Origin: Vicugna vicugna
Taxonomy: Eukaryota
NCBI GenBank assembly: GCA_013265495.1
Contig: MU063673.1
Location: 7,213,694 to 7,277,693, forward strand
DNA: 64,000 nt
Reading direction: 5' to 3'
Below are positions 11,048 through 22,397 of the stretch, piece after piece. Under the pieces are notes generated by a model that searched no databases, was not told the DNA's origin, and was given only the letters and a program-made list of their open reading frames with translations. Numbering within the stretch: position 1 is the stretch's first letter; each line of letters begins with the position of its first letter. The translations under genes were made by a program, and so were the position numbers.

Positions 11048-11989
11048 TCATCTCATAGAGTTTTGGTGAGGACCAGATGAGATACATCGATCAAAAGTTC
11101 TTGGCTTCTACGACTGTTACCATGCACCTAATTTACCCAAAATGAAGGTTCAATCTCACGATCAGCTGTATTAGTGAGCCCACAGTTGTCTTCCCTCACA
11201 AGCCATTTTTATATCTTTGTGTAAATTAACGAGGATGGAGAAGGATTCTGGGCAGGAGTCAGGAGTTCACAGCCACTAGTGGTGAGGGTCCTGACTGATG
11301 CTCAACTTCTCCAGGCCTCAGTCCTCAGCTATGATTAGAGGCTAGATCCTTAAGAGCACTAAGATTCGATGAATACTTAGGCAGTCCCGTAAATGCTTTC
11401 TGAGTCCTCCCTCTCTCACCCTCTCTTCTAGTTTAACCTGTAGCTAATGTCTGAATTCTCGAGTCCCGAGGGTATCTTTTCTTTGGGAACTGATTAACCA
11501 GGCAGGCCTAGTTCCATGACTAAAACAAAAAAAGAAGACGAAAAGAGGTCAAGCAGTTCCTAGCTAAAATTTATGCTTAAAAAAGGTATTCAATGTTTTT
11601 TCAAAGACTGTTCTTAGCAAAACATCCTGGCTTTAGGAGTCCATATAGATTTCCCCTGGGGCCTTCTGTCTTTAATTCAAGGCTATCACTTTCAAGAACA
11701 GAGGTTGCTGGCCATTCCCACCAAGTGTTTTGCCCAGGCTCTTAGCCTCCAAGTGGCAGGACGTTTGACACACTTTCCTTGTTGCTAAAGGTGTAGATAA
11801 CAGTACTTGGGAATCAAAAATGACCAAAATAGAACAGACACCAAAGTGCTGTTGAACATAACCTTCCTTTCATATCTCTGCTTTTTTCCAACTTGTCATG
11901 GAGAGAAGGTCTGCGAAAAAGCTTTGCCATCTATAAATTATTCTGCAAATGCAAAGCATTCCTTTTCTAAAAAAAACTCAGAGTGGGGT

Positions 11990-12800
11990 TAGATGTCATG
12001 ATAGGCATGGACAAACATTCTGTTTCCTCAATGTGAGAAAATCCAGGAAACTTTCTAAAACAGCCACGGAAGAAGAACAGATCTTAGCTAGAGAAGATGA
12101 GGACATTTTGCAGGAGGGAAAAATGATATGTGCAAAGGCAGAAGAGCCTCCTCTACAAATAGAAAGAAATTAGTGTCTCTGGCACGTCGTGGGGAGGGAC
12201 AGACAGTAGTAGGAAAGGAGGCTACGGTCGGCCTCTGCCCAGCTGTGGATGCCATGCTGGGCATCTGAATTTTGCTGTGAAGAGTTCAGCAGTCAGAAAG
12301 ACACCTATCATCAGGTTTGTGGCATGTTTAGATTTGTTTTTTAGAAAAAAAAATCGGTAGAGGTATCTGGGATGCTAGAGGAGAGGGATGCCTGGAATGA
12401 GGGCTCTGGGATGGGGATGGAGGTAAGGTGCGGACGGAGCAACCTTTCATAGAAAACATCTGGATGTTGGGGGGAAGAGGTCAGGAGAGGCCGGGAGATT
12501 TCCCGCGTGGCTCAGTAGGTACATGCCGGCATCATTGGCCAAGTCATCAGAAACGGGGTGGGGAGCATGAGAGAGCAGAGTCTGGAACCACAGACACTAA
12601 ACTTAGGACACTGGGTGGATGGAAGGTGAAGAAAAACTCAGAACACAAGGGAATAGAGCCACTCAGGTCAAGTGAGGCAAAGGAGACAGGAGGTGTGTGG
12701 GCAGAGGGACACGGGAGATAAACAAGGAAGGTCAAAAAAGCAAATGTAGAGAAATGAGTGGGGAGGGATACCCGTCAGCTGCACAGAGTGAGTGAAGAGT
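11990..12800 (-). mobile_element. L2 LINE fragments
   Basis: Purine-rich degenerate L2 signatures (TGTGCAAAGGCAGAAG, GATTTGTTTTTTAGAAA, GAGCAGAGTCTGGAA). Confidence 0.6.
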
Positions 12801-13159
12801 CCAGAAGATTAGGGACCGAAGAGGCAGCGCAGAGCCAACACCACCGGCTTCACACACCCCTCAATACCGAAAGGCAGAGGAACACCTCCAGGGTCAGCTT
12901 TCTTAACAACATATAGCCTCATTTCAGTCTTTTTGAGTTTTAAAAAATATATCCGCTTGAGTAAGTTAGAAGATTAATGAGAGTAATTAGTATTTTTTAG
13001 CTTCACCCTGAGACTGGCTGTCAAAAATAGTAAGAATAATTTTCAAGTGATCAGGAAAGCAACCTGCATCTCAGACATGGTGGCACCGCCCTTGAGCACG
13101 GATTCTCTGAGGGTGCCATCCTCGGCATGGAGCATCCATTATTTGCGGGATGGGTGGCC

Positions 13160-13290
13160 CTGGAAAATCACATCTGTCCATCTCTGTTCATCTTCTTTGA
13201 GCAGCTCTGTGCACTTTAAGTATAATTATAATAACGTATACCTGCTCACAGGATGATCAGAGAATCAGCTAATCAACACTAAAAATAGAT
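13160..13290 (+). mobile_element. MIR fragment
   Basis: TATAATAACGTATACCTGCTCACAGGATGATCAGAGAATCA. Confidence 0.5.
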
Positions 13291-13799
13291 CCATCTAGAA
13301 ACCTCTGCAGTTCCCACATCTGGCCGGTGCAGTAAAATCCACTGGAAAATGGACACCCTTCAGTCTCATCGCACAGGGTTCACTCGAGAGATGATTCAGT
13401 CGCTGCGTCAGTTGGATACACATGCACCAGGCCCTTTTTCTCCACTAAGCATAAAAGGTGGTAAAAGATCTTCATTATTTCTCTGGATTTACGCAAAGCC
13501 CTGCTGTCTACACGTCCCAAGCCAGAAAGGAAATACAGAGAAGGAGAGGAACAAACTTTTGGGCCCAAAGAACAATGTTCAGCAGGAAATGGGCTCCCCC
13601 TCCTCTGAACTCCTACAGAACTCTGTTCCTCCCTGATGGTACAGACCATCTCCACCTTAAATAGCTTTTATTTGCATTCAAATCTCAGTTCCCCCACGAG
13701 CACAACTGCATCTTAATACAGTATCTGAATAATACCTCGTGTTGGTCCAGGACTTTACATTTTCCTAAGATGCCCTCATAATGCACCACTTCCCTTGCT

Positions 13800-13945
13800 C
13801 TTCATGAGCCTGTCTGGGAGGTGGGCGGACACACTCTCCTCACTTTCTACACCAGGACATTGAGACTCAGAAAGGTTAACTGTCACGAGGCTGTCAGCTT
13901 AAGTCCAGAGCCAGGAATTACGCACATTAGTCTATAGTCCCAAAC
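13800..13945 (-). mobile_element. MIR fragment
   Basis: GACATTGAGACTCAGAAAGGTTAACTG...CCAGAGCCAGGAATT. Confidence 0.55.
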
Positions 13946-14228
13946 CAGTCCTTCTTCCCCACCAAGCTCTTCTGCCTCCTCTCCCACGTGCCACAGCAGA
14001 CGCTGGGATCAGCCAGGTGCCCGTTGTGAGAAGGATGTCCAGAGAAAAGAACCAAGGAGCAGAAACACACGGCAGCTAAAAAGAGAAAAGGGGATGGAAA
14101 CCGGTGGACCCGCATGCTTTTCAAGCCTGATAACCCCTGGAACGCTGTTGCTGGATACACGAAGCCTCTGACCTCTTCACCTCCATTAGAGTCAGGGAGC
14201 ATCGCCATTCAGAGAGAACAAAAGTAGT

Positions 14229-14261
14229 TGTGTGTGTGTGTGCGTGTGCGCACGCGCACAC
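14229..14261. repeat. Alternating pyrimidine-purine tract (TG/CG/CA)
   Basis: TGTGTGTGTGTGTGCGTGTGCGCACGCGCACAC, 33 bp. Confidence 0.9.
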
Positions 14262-14569
14262 TGGTGTTCGCTCACACACATTGTGCACTTTCAGGGACAA
14301 AGTGATATTATGCGATACTGGAGTGTGGGGGCCCTCGGAGGCCATCTCTTCCAGTGTTGCCAGAAAGCCAGAGCTTGCAGGGGGAGCTTCTGGCAAAATG
14401 ACCTTCTCTTCACTCACACTCAGTCCCACTGTGTGAACCTGGAGAAGTGATATCTCGGCCCAGTTACTAGCACCGGGTAAGAGAGCAGATGAAAAGGCAG
14501 ATGCTCCTGTGTGCAGAAGGGCAGGAGGTTAGAAATCATCCAAAGAAAGGCAAAGGCAGTGTCCTGGAT

Positions 14570-14958
14570 AAGGATCCTCAGACATAAAACCTCAGGTGAC
14601 AATTCCCGTGTAAGGCAGGGCTTTTACGAGATCATCTGAGGGAGTGAGGGAGGTGTGACGGGGCAGAGAGAAAGGCAAGGAAGATGTAGGTCAGAAGAAG
14701 TCAGCCCCAGGAGACCTGCAGCCTGCATTCCTCCTCAGAGGCTGTCTTGTGCACAGACAAGGGGACTGAGAGGGCACAGCTCTGCGTCAGCCTGTCATCG
14801 GCCAAGGGCTGCCCCCGGGATGGGGGCCATCACCTCCCAGGCATCCTTGCATGCGGCAGATGTCATCAGTTGTGGGCAATTCTATGGGGAAGGATGCAGA
14901 TGTGAGAAGCTGGCAGGCACTGGGGGGTCTGGGTGGTGTGCTAACAGCACCTGGTACA
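14570..14958 (-). mobile_element. ERVL solo LTR (LTR16/LTR33 group)
   Basis: CAGCCTGTCATCGGCCAAGGGCTGCCCCCGGGATGGGGG...GGGCAATTCTATGGGGAAGG...GGTGGTGTGCTAACAGCACCTGGTACA resembles the antisense LTR16/33 layout. Confidence 0.6.
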
Positions 14959-16185
14959 GACAGCGTCTCACACCTGGAAGAATCTGCATTCCTAATTTAT
15001 TAATTAGAGAACTAATTAAGAGGTGGATGCCTTCTTCTGGAGAATTTCGGCAACCCGGGGGAGCCAATCCTTTACCTAGAAACATACCATGTTACTTCCT
15101 TCTTTATAAAACCATATACATGACTTTCTGTATTCTACTTTTAATAAAACTTTCCAGGCTTTTAGCTATGCGTTTTGGTGTCTTCTGGTCCATCACTGAC
15201 ACACTGTGACAATGCACACAAAAGACTCCATGAATCTGCCTTCCTCTACCCAAACCTCTATTTGTACATCTCAGGGACCATGGGCTCAATAACTCCAAAG
15301 GCAGCCCAGTCTATTTTGCTATTAAGTACATACTTTTACATTTCCCTTAATGTACAGGGAAATAGACTTTTGCTTTTAATATAAGATTAAATTATATAAT
15401 GCACATATATATTTACATATATAAAGCAAAAACCTACTTCCCTGTAACTTTCACTCACCTAAGTCTTGGAAAGGAAGTCTCATCCCCAGATAACTTCTCT
15501 TCCACAGGGAAAATAGCCCTGCCCAGGTTATTCCACAGTATTGTATGTGAAGGCAGGTCTGCTCACCCATCTGATTCCTGCCCAGTGGAGAAATTCCAGT
15601 TTGTCTTTGACCCCATTGAAGAGGTGCCCAGAACTCCCCAACCCTCTAGGAGTGGCGTGACCCACATAAACAAAGGAGGACTATTCTTGCTCTGTACACA
15701 GCAGTTCAATGAATAGAGTTTAAAATTAACTTCATGATTCAAAGAAGCTCACATGCCCCAATATACCACTGACTTACACCAACTTGCTAACAACGAATGT
15801 ACATATTTTTGCATATGCTGTCTGTCTCACCCCATCCCTAGTTTTTAGATTGATTTATTTTTCTCTTTTCTTACTTAATGATAGGCTTTTATACCTATTC
15901 AACTAAAGTTCATCTTGCTAGAGTTGGCTTATCATCATTTCAACCTGAAGTGATCTCTTTGGAGCCTAGTTCTGTTACTCAAAGTACATGCTGTGCTTCC
16001 AGGCTTCATGTCCATCACAACTTTGATAAATATACAATCTATAGCCTCACTAAGATTATTGCTATAAAACAACACTTTGATAGGGTCAAGGGAGGACTCT
16101 TATAGTCTACAGTTAGTGACTACCCTCCAAGGAGCCACTGTAGCTTTCCCATAGCCTAATTCATGCTGTTCCAAGACCCAGTCTA

Positions 16186-16274
16186 GCGGGGAGGCTATAG
16201 CTCAAGTGGTAGAGTGCATGCTTAGCATGCATGAGATCCTGGGTTCAATCCCCAGCACCTCCCTTAAAAAAAAT
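16186..16274 (+). mobile_element. Vic-1 type SINE, short form (head plus A tail)
   Basis: GGGGAGGCTATAGCTCAAGTGGTAGAGTGCATGCTTAGCATGCATGAGATCCTGGGTTCAATCCCCAGCACCTCC; perfect 12-bp TSD AGACCCAGTCTA at 16174-16185 and 16275-16286. Confidence 0.92.
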
Positions 16275-16496
16275 AGACCCAGTCTAAATTCGACAATGAA
16301 TTTACTTTGTCAGATATGTATTCTGATATGTCGAGTTTTGAAGAAAGCAAAATAATTAATTTTTAATAAAATATATGCACTTACATTCATTTAATAGAAT
16401 ATAAAAAACAGACTATGAAGCTGATAATAGTTTTAGGAATAAGCATACTCCAGGGAGACAGAAAATTGTTTCCTTCCATTTAAAAGAGGATGACAA

Positions 16497-16635
16497 GGGG
16501 GGAGGGTATAGTCCAGTGGTAGAGTGCTTGCTTAGCATGCACGAGGTCCTGGGTTCAGTCCCCAGCACCTCCATTTATAAATAAATAAATAAACCTAATT
16601 ACCTCTCCCACTAAAAATAAAAAAAAATTAAAAAT
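16497..16635 (+). mobile_element. Vic-1 type SINE, long form
   Basis: tRNA-Ala-like head plus AATAAACCTAATTACCTCTCCC extension; TSD AAAAGAGGATGACAA / AAAGGAGGACGACAA (16482-16496, 16636-16650). Confidence 0.92.
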
Positions 16636-16752
16636 AAAGGAGGACGACAAATCTGGGGAGGCCAAAGGTGGGTCCTGGGTGGGGACACATGGACTGCATT
16701 CGTACTAAGGAAAATAGCTGGTGGGTGATAAGAGAAGACAAGACTAACAGAC

Positions 16753-17250
16753 TGCATTATTTCTGTACTGCTGCATAACAAATGACCATAAACTTAGTAG
16801 CTAAAACAACAAAATTTTTCACCCAGTCGTTTCCATGGGTCGGGTAAGCTCAGCCCCCTGCTCAGGATCTCATCAGGCTGAAATCAAGGTGTTGGCTGGG
16901 GCTGCAAATTCATCTGAGGTATGGGGTCCCCTTCAAGGCTCTCTGGTGATTGATGGAATTTAGTTCCTTGCATCCTCGCAAGATTGAGATTTGCATTTTC
17001 CTGCTGGCTGCCAACTGAGGGCACGTGCTCTGAGCTGCTAAAGGCCCCCCTGCCATCCCTGGCTTCCTGAAAGCCAGCAGCAGAATCTCTCTCCTCCTTC
17101 TGCTGAGATGAGATCTTATGTAAAGTGGTCAAGAGAGCAACCACCCCATCGATTTCACAGGTCCCATCCAGGGCAAAGAAAGGGGATTAGGGAGGCATGC
17201 ACATGAGGGCGTGGGAATCTCAGGGCCGTCTCAGACCCCCACCTCTCACA
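16753..17250 (-). mobile_element. MLT1 solo LTR (MLT1E/F-like)
   Basis: TGCTGCATAACAAATGACCATAAACTTAGTAGCTAAAACAAC...GCTGAAATCAAGGTGTTGGCTGGGGCTG. Confidence 0.8.
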
Positions 17251-18074
17251 GTGATGAACAGGGCCAGGCACAGTGAAGGGCGGTGGCAGGAGAGGGGCCA
17301 GAGAGGCCCTCTGTGCCCTTCTGTGGAGACTGAACTTTCTCCTGGAAGCAGCGGAGGCATATGGACCGATGCCTCTCCCTCTGGGGAGGTACAGGGAAAT
17401 GTTGCAAGTGGCAGAGGTTAAGAAAGTGTTCTAGGATTCACAGAAGTCTAAAAGAATAGCATCGAACAAACCGAGGCAAGAAACGTAAAGCACGGCGTGG
17501 ACACCTGAATCACCTGTTCACAGTTTCTCACCTCACTTGGGACAGGACAACGTGAGAAAGCAAACCTTCAGCTTGCTCTGTGGTTGCTATGACGAGGTGT
17601 GCCCGTCCCACACCAGACAGAAAAAAACAAAAATATTTCGCATCATTCTAGAACCTTCTCCAAACAGAAGGATCCTATTTAAATCCTAAAATTTAAAAAA
17701 AAAATTTTGTTGAAGACTTGCTCCTATTCTTGTAAGTTGCTGACTCCCTCGAGAAAACATGTTTCTCTCTGACTTTGGAATACAGCTGTCCGTGGATGCG
17801 AGGACCAAACAGATAGGATGACCATGTATGTAAGGAACTATATTTATTCCAATATGGATTTTGAACAGGTTCACTGTAATGTCATGGCCTGTTCTTTTTT
17901 TTTCTTTAAACACCTGCTGAATCCTTTATTCAAAGTGTCTAGTTCTCCTAAAGGCTAGACCCCACTCCAAACATTACAAATAAAAACACTTTATGTTCAA
18001 TTTTCCTTTGAGTTTTCCATTCACAACTTTGTCCACTGTAACCTTGAGGACAACCACAGTATTTATTCTTAAAT

Positions 18075-18250
18075 ATAATGGTGACAATAGCTAACTAAGA
18101 CCTACTTTACTGCCTGCCAGGTGCTGTTCTCAGAGTTTCACATTCTCACACTCAGATGAGGAAACTGTGGCGCAGAAAGTTGAAGTGACTTGTTGGGGAT
18201 TACATAAAATGTTGGTGGTGGAGCTCAGCTGTGAACACAGGCAGAATGGT
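18075..18250 (-). mobile_element. MIR SINE
   Basis: CAGATGAGGAAACTGTGGCGCAGAAAGTTGAAGTGACTTG. Confidence 0.8.
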
Positions 18251-18399
18251 CTGCAATAGTTCCCAGCCTTGGACTGAAAACAGACAGCAGCTACTCTATG
18301 AAAGACGCCCTTTGAGGCACTCGATAAATAATCGCTGAGAACCAGTGACTACCTTTGAGGTGGCAAAGTCAAAAGTATATAAAAATTAAAGTCTGATCA

Positions 18400-21310
18400 C
18401 TGTGAGATTATGTTATAGGTGTGAAGGGCACAGAAACAGTAGGATAAATAAATCCAAAAGGTAGTTCTTTAAAATAAATCAAATAAATATCAGAATTCTA
18501 CAATCAACCAAGAAAAAAAAGAGAAGCACAGATGTTAAGATTTTATAAATCATGAATGAATACTGTGCTCAACTCTATACTTATTATTTTAAAAAAACTA
18601 ACAAAAGGATGATTTTTAGCTATAATTTGAATTACTAAAATGGACACAAGCATAAATAGACACACCAAAGAAACCAACTGATTAGAGAAAACAAACAACA
18701 AATATAAAAAAAAAATCTAAAAAGCTGTAAAAGCAGTATCTGTTTCAAAAAATAATCTAGGCATAGAAAATTCCACAAGAAACTTCTTTCAAATTCTCAA
18801 GGAAAATATAATTCTCATAGGTCCAAAGCACAAATAAAGGTAAAAAAATCCCCAACTATTACATGAAAGTGTCATTTTGATGTCAAAACTAACAAGACAG
18901 CATACAAATTCAACTAAAGACCAAATTATTATAAAAATTGATGCAATAATCTGAAACAAACACTGAATACAGCAGTGAGTTAAGAAAACACTTCCTCATA
19001 ACCTAGTGGGTTTTACTCCAAGAACCAGAAGATGATTAAATACTAGGAAATTTTGTATTACAGTACATCATTTTAATAGATCAAAGGCAAAAATTACACA
19101 ATAATTTTTTAAAATATGATAGTCTGTACCAAGTCTGGTGAATTGCAAACAATTCTCATTAGGTATTCACAATATCCTCACAAGAGATTTATATTAGTAT
19201 CCTCAGATTACAGTGTAAAGAACTGAAATTGGAAGATGGAAAATACCTCACTCAGTGATACACAATTTCAGAAGAGGAGGTGTAATTCGAGCCCAGGTCT
19301 GTCTGGCCATAAGTTCTATGATCTGACTTTCACATTACGTTCTCCTCACAGAGGATAACTTACCAAAATAATCAAAAGGCATTTTGTAACATTTCAAAAC
19401 CCCTTTTTGATTAAAAAATACTCTCAGCATATTAGGAATGTAATAAAATTTCTTTAACATGGATGCAAAAACCTACCCTAGCTGTTAAAATCAGAAACAA
19501 GATAAGAACCTAATATCATTAAGTATATTTAACACTGCTGAGGAAATGTGGGCTAATGCTATAAAACATAATTCTGGAATAAGAGGTATACTCTTTGGAA
19601 AGGTAAAAGAACCATTATTTGGTATAATAAGGCTGTTTACCAAGAAAACTCAGGGGAACTAGGTGAAAAAATGATTATCCCTAATAAACAGAATCAAATC
19701 CAAAATACAAAAATAGCTTTTATATAACCACCAGTTAGAAAGCAATAGGGAAAAAAATCTCAAATATAATTAAATAAAAAGTACATAATATCGAGGAATA
19801 ACTTTAAAAATATGCAGAGCTTGTGTGAGAAAACATTTTTTTCTGTCAAATCAAATGACTGGAAAAAAGAGACATTATGAAATGATTAAAATTGTAAAGA
19901 TACAAACTCTTCCAAAATAATTCAGTTTGTACATAATTGCGTCTAGATATTTTAGATATTTTTATTTGAAATTTAATTGAACATTCACCTTGAAGAATGC
20001 TCAGATGGTAATTGCTAAGGTACATTTAAAATACAGAATAGTGAAGGAGTTAGGGCTTACCATATCAGAAACAGAAATGTGCTACACAAACAGGCAACTA
20101 CATTCAATATCTTATAATAACCTCTACTGAAAAAAATATGAAAACAAATATATGTATGTATATGCATGACTGGGACATTGTGCGGTACACCAGAAATTGA
20201 CAGCTGTACCGACAATTGTAACTGACTGTACTTTAATGAAAAAAAAAAGAAAGGTGCTATACAAAATATAATATGGTTCTGCTATAATAACCAACAGATG
20301 GTTAAATAAATAGAATAAAGAGCCCAGATACAAAAACGTATATACCAATGTAATTAAAGATAGACTTAATCACAACTCAAGAAAGAGAAAAGGGATTATT
20401 TAATAATAAATGCTGTTGGACTATTTGAATAGTTAAAATTGTATCTCTACTTCATACAATATGTCAAACTAAATTACAGATGGATTACATATGAAATTAA
20501 AAATAAAATTATAAAAGATTATGAAAAATACAGGCTGTTATTTATTAGATATTGGGCCAAACAAAGAATTTCCAAATAGAAGTAGTGGAACATGTCAGAA
20601 AGTATAATAGATCTGACTGCAGGAATAACCATGAAAAAATTCATATATCAGATAGCACAATACTCTAAATTCCAAGGCAAACACCAACCTAGAAAAATAA
20701 TTGTCAGAGATGTGACATAAAAAGAATCATTAATAGAAACTTCATGAGCAAAAATGAAGGTCTCAGCGGATAAATGGGCAAAGAACAGGGATCCACAAGT
20801 TACATAAGAATTGCTATAAATGTCCGATAAGCACTCAAAACTTTCTCAAGTGATTAATGCTTATTGCTGCTGAGTGTGAGGAGAGGAAGATACTCTCACA
20901 CATTGCCAGCTGGAGTGTAAATTAATACCTTTGACCGTGTCTAAGACGAAGTATAAAAATATTCATGCCCTTTGATTGCATCTACTATCATGTAGAAGCA
21001 ATTAAGAGGATGGCAAAAGATGAATGCAAAGCATGAACACTCAGCTAGAGTTATATGTCCCAAAGTGCAATATTATACAGTCATTAATTAATCATGTTTT
21101 GAAGACTGTTTAATGCCATGAGAAAATGAAAATGCTGTCAGTCAAGTGAACATAAGTAAGATATAAAACTACATCTAGACGATGGTCCTGATTCTGTAAT
21201 GCAAAAATATATACAGAAAAAAAATTGAAAGAAAGTGTACTAAAATATTACAGTGGTTATCTCTAAGTATGAGACTAGGTCATTTTTATTTTCTACAATA
21301 AACATCAGAA
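18400..21310 (+). mobile_element. Highly degenerate L1ME ORF2/3' UTR remnant with nested MIR (about 19125-19345, minus) and a young L1 end
   Basis: A-rich L1 ORF2 signatures (AAATCCAAAAGGTAGTTCTTT, AACCTAGTGGGTTTTACTCCAAG, GATAAATGGGCAAAG); no intact frame. Confidence 0.75.
20085..20247 (+). mobile_element. Camelid-type L1 3' end with TSD
   Basis: TATGCATGACTGGGACATTGTGCGGTACACCAGAAATTGAC...poly(A); TSD AGAAA(T/G)GTGCTA at 20073-20084 and 20248-20259. Confidence 0.88.
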
Positions 21311-21952
21311 TACAATTTATTTCTGAAAGAATATAAAACGCACACCAATGATTGACAAAAGAAACAAGAAGCTGGACACATGAGACACAACTTTCTATGG
21401 AAATGAGAAGTCTTCCTTTTGTGTCCCTCTAATTTTATTGCATTATCTTAGGGAACCGGTGGAGTGAGCGTCTCCTAAGCCACCTCCACTTCTACAAGGC
21501 ATCCCGGAAGCCATCTCTCCATCAGATCTGCTGATTTCTTTTCTGCATCTTCCACTCCCGCCTCCTCCCACTCGACTCTGCCAACCTCCATCTTCCTCCC
21601 ACTCAAAGTCTGGCCACAGCACAACAGCCCAAACCCAGGAGGCAGGTCTGGAGGAAGGTCAACCCGCTGAGTGATTATTGAAGGTATGATGTGTGTTTCC
21701 GCGGAAATGCGTGCTGCCTCTGCTAAATTATCATTTCATAACACTGCCCACATTGGAAAGACTTTTCTCGAAAAAACCTATACTCTTAAGAATGCTTGCA
21801 AAACCTACTTGCAGTGACGATGTCAGAAATTCATTTCTCCTTCACCAGCATGATTCAGGGAGCTTTACTAAAACCATTTAATTCTGTCTCTTAATGATAC
21901 GCAGAAAATATTTATTGGGTGCCATCTAGGGTTCTGGGGAATATAATGTGGG

Positions 21953-22397
21953 CGTGGGAGGCTGAATAATGGTACCCAGAGATGTCCACATCCTGACTCT
22001 GGAAACTGAATATGTTAAATTACATGGCAAAAGGGACTTAAAAGATGTGATTAAGGTAAGGATCTCGAGATGGACAGTTTGTTCTGTACTATCCGAGTGG
22101 GTCCAGTATAATCACAGGGGTCCTAGAAGGGAAAGAGGCAGGAGAATCAAGAGGAGGAGGTGTGATGACAGATGCTCAGGTCAGGGTGATGCAGGGCCAC
22201 CAGCCAAAGAATTTGGGCGGCTTCTAAGAGTTGGAAAAGGCAAGGAATCAGATTCTCCCCTACCGTCTCCAGAAGGAGTAAAACCTGGCTGACCTATTTT
22301 GACTTTTACTTCCAGAATTATAAGATAATAAGTTTGTGTTGTTTTGCACTACTAAATTGGTGGTAATTTATTACCACAGCAGCAGCAAATGAATATA
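21953..22397 (+). mobile_element. MLT1D solo LTR with 5-bp TSD
   Basis: GAATAATGGTACCCAGAGATGTCCACATCCT...TACATGGCAAAAGGGACTT...GTGGTAATTTATTACCACAGC; TSD GTGGG / GCGGG. Confidence 0.92.

Noticed and set aside
14655-15209. Longest N-free ORF (184 aa, plus strand)
   Set aside because: Mostly antisense ERVL LTR sequence; GTG start, no recognisable domain and no splice structure
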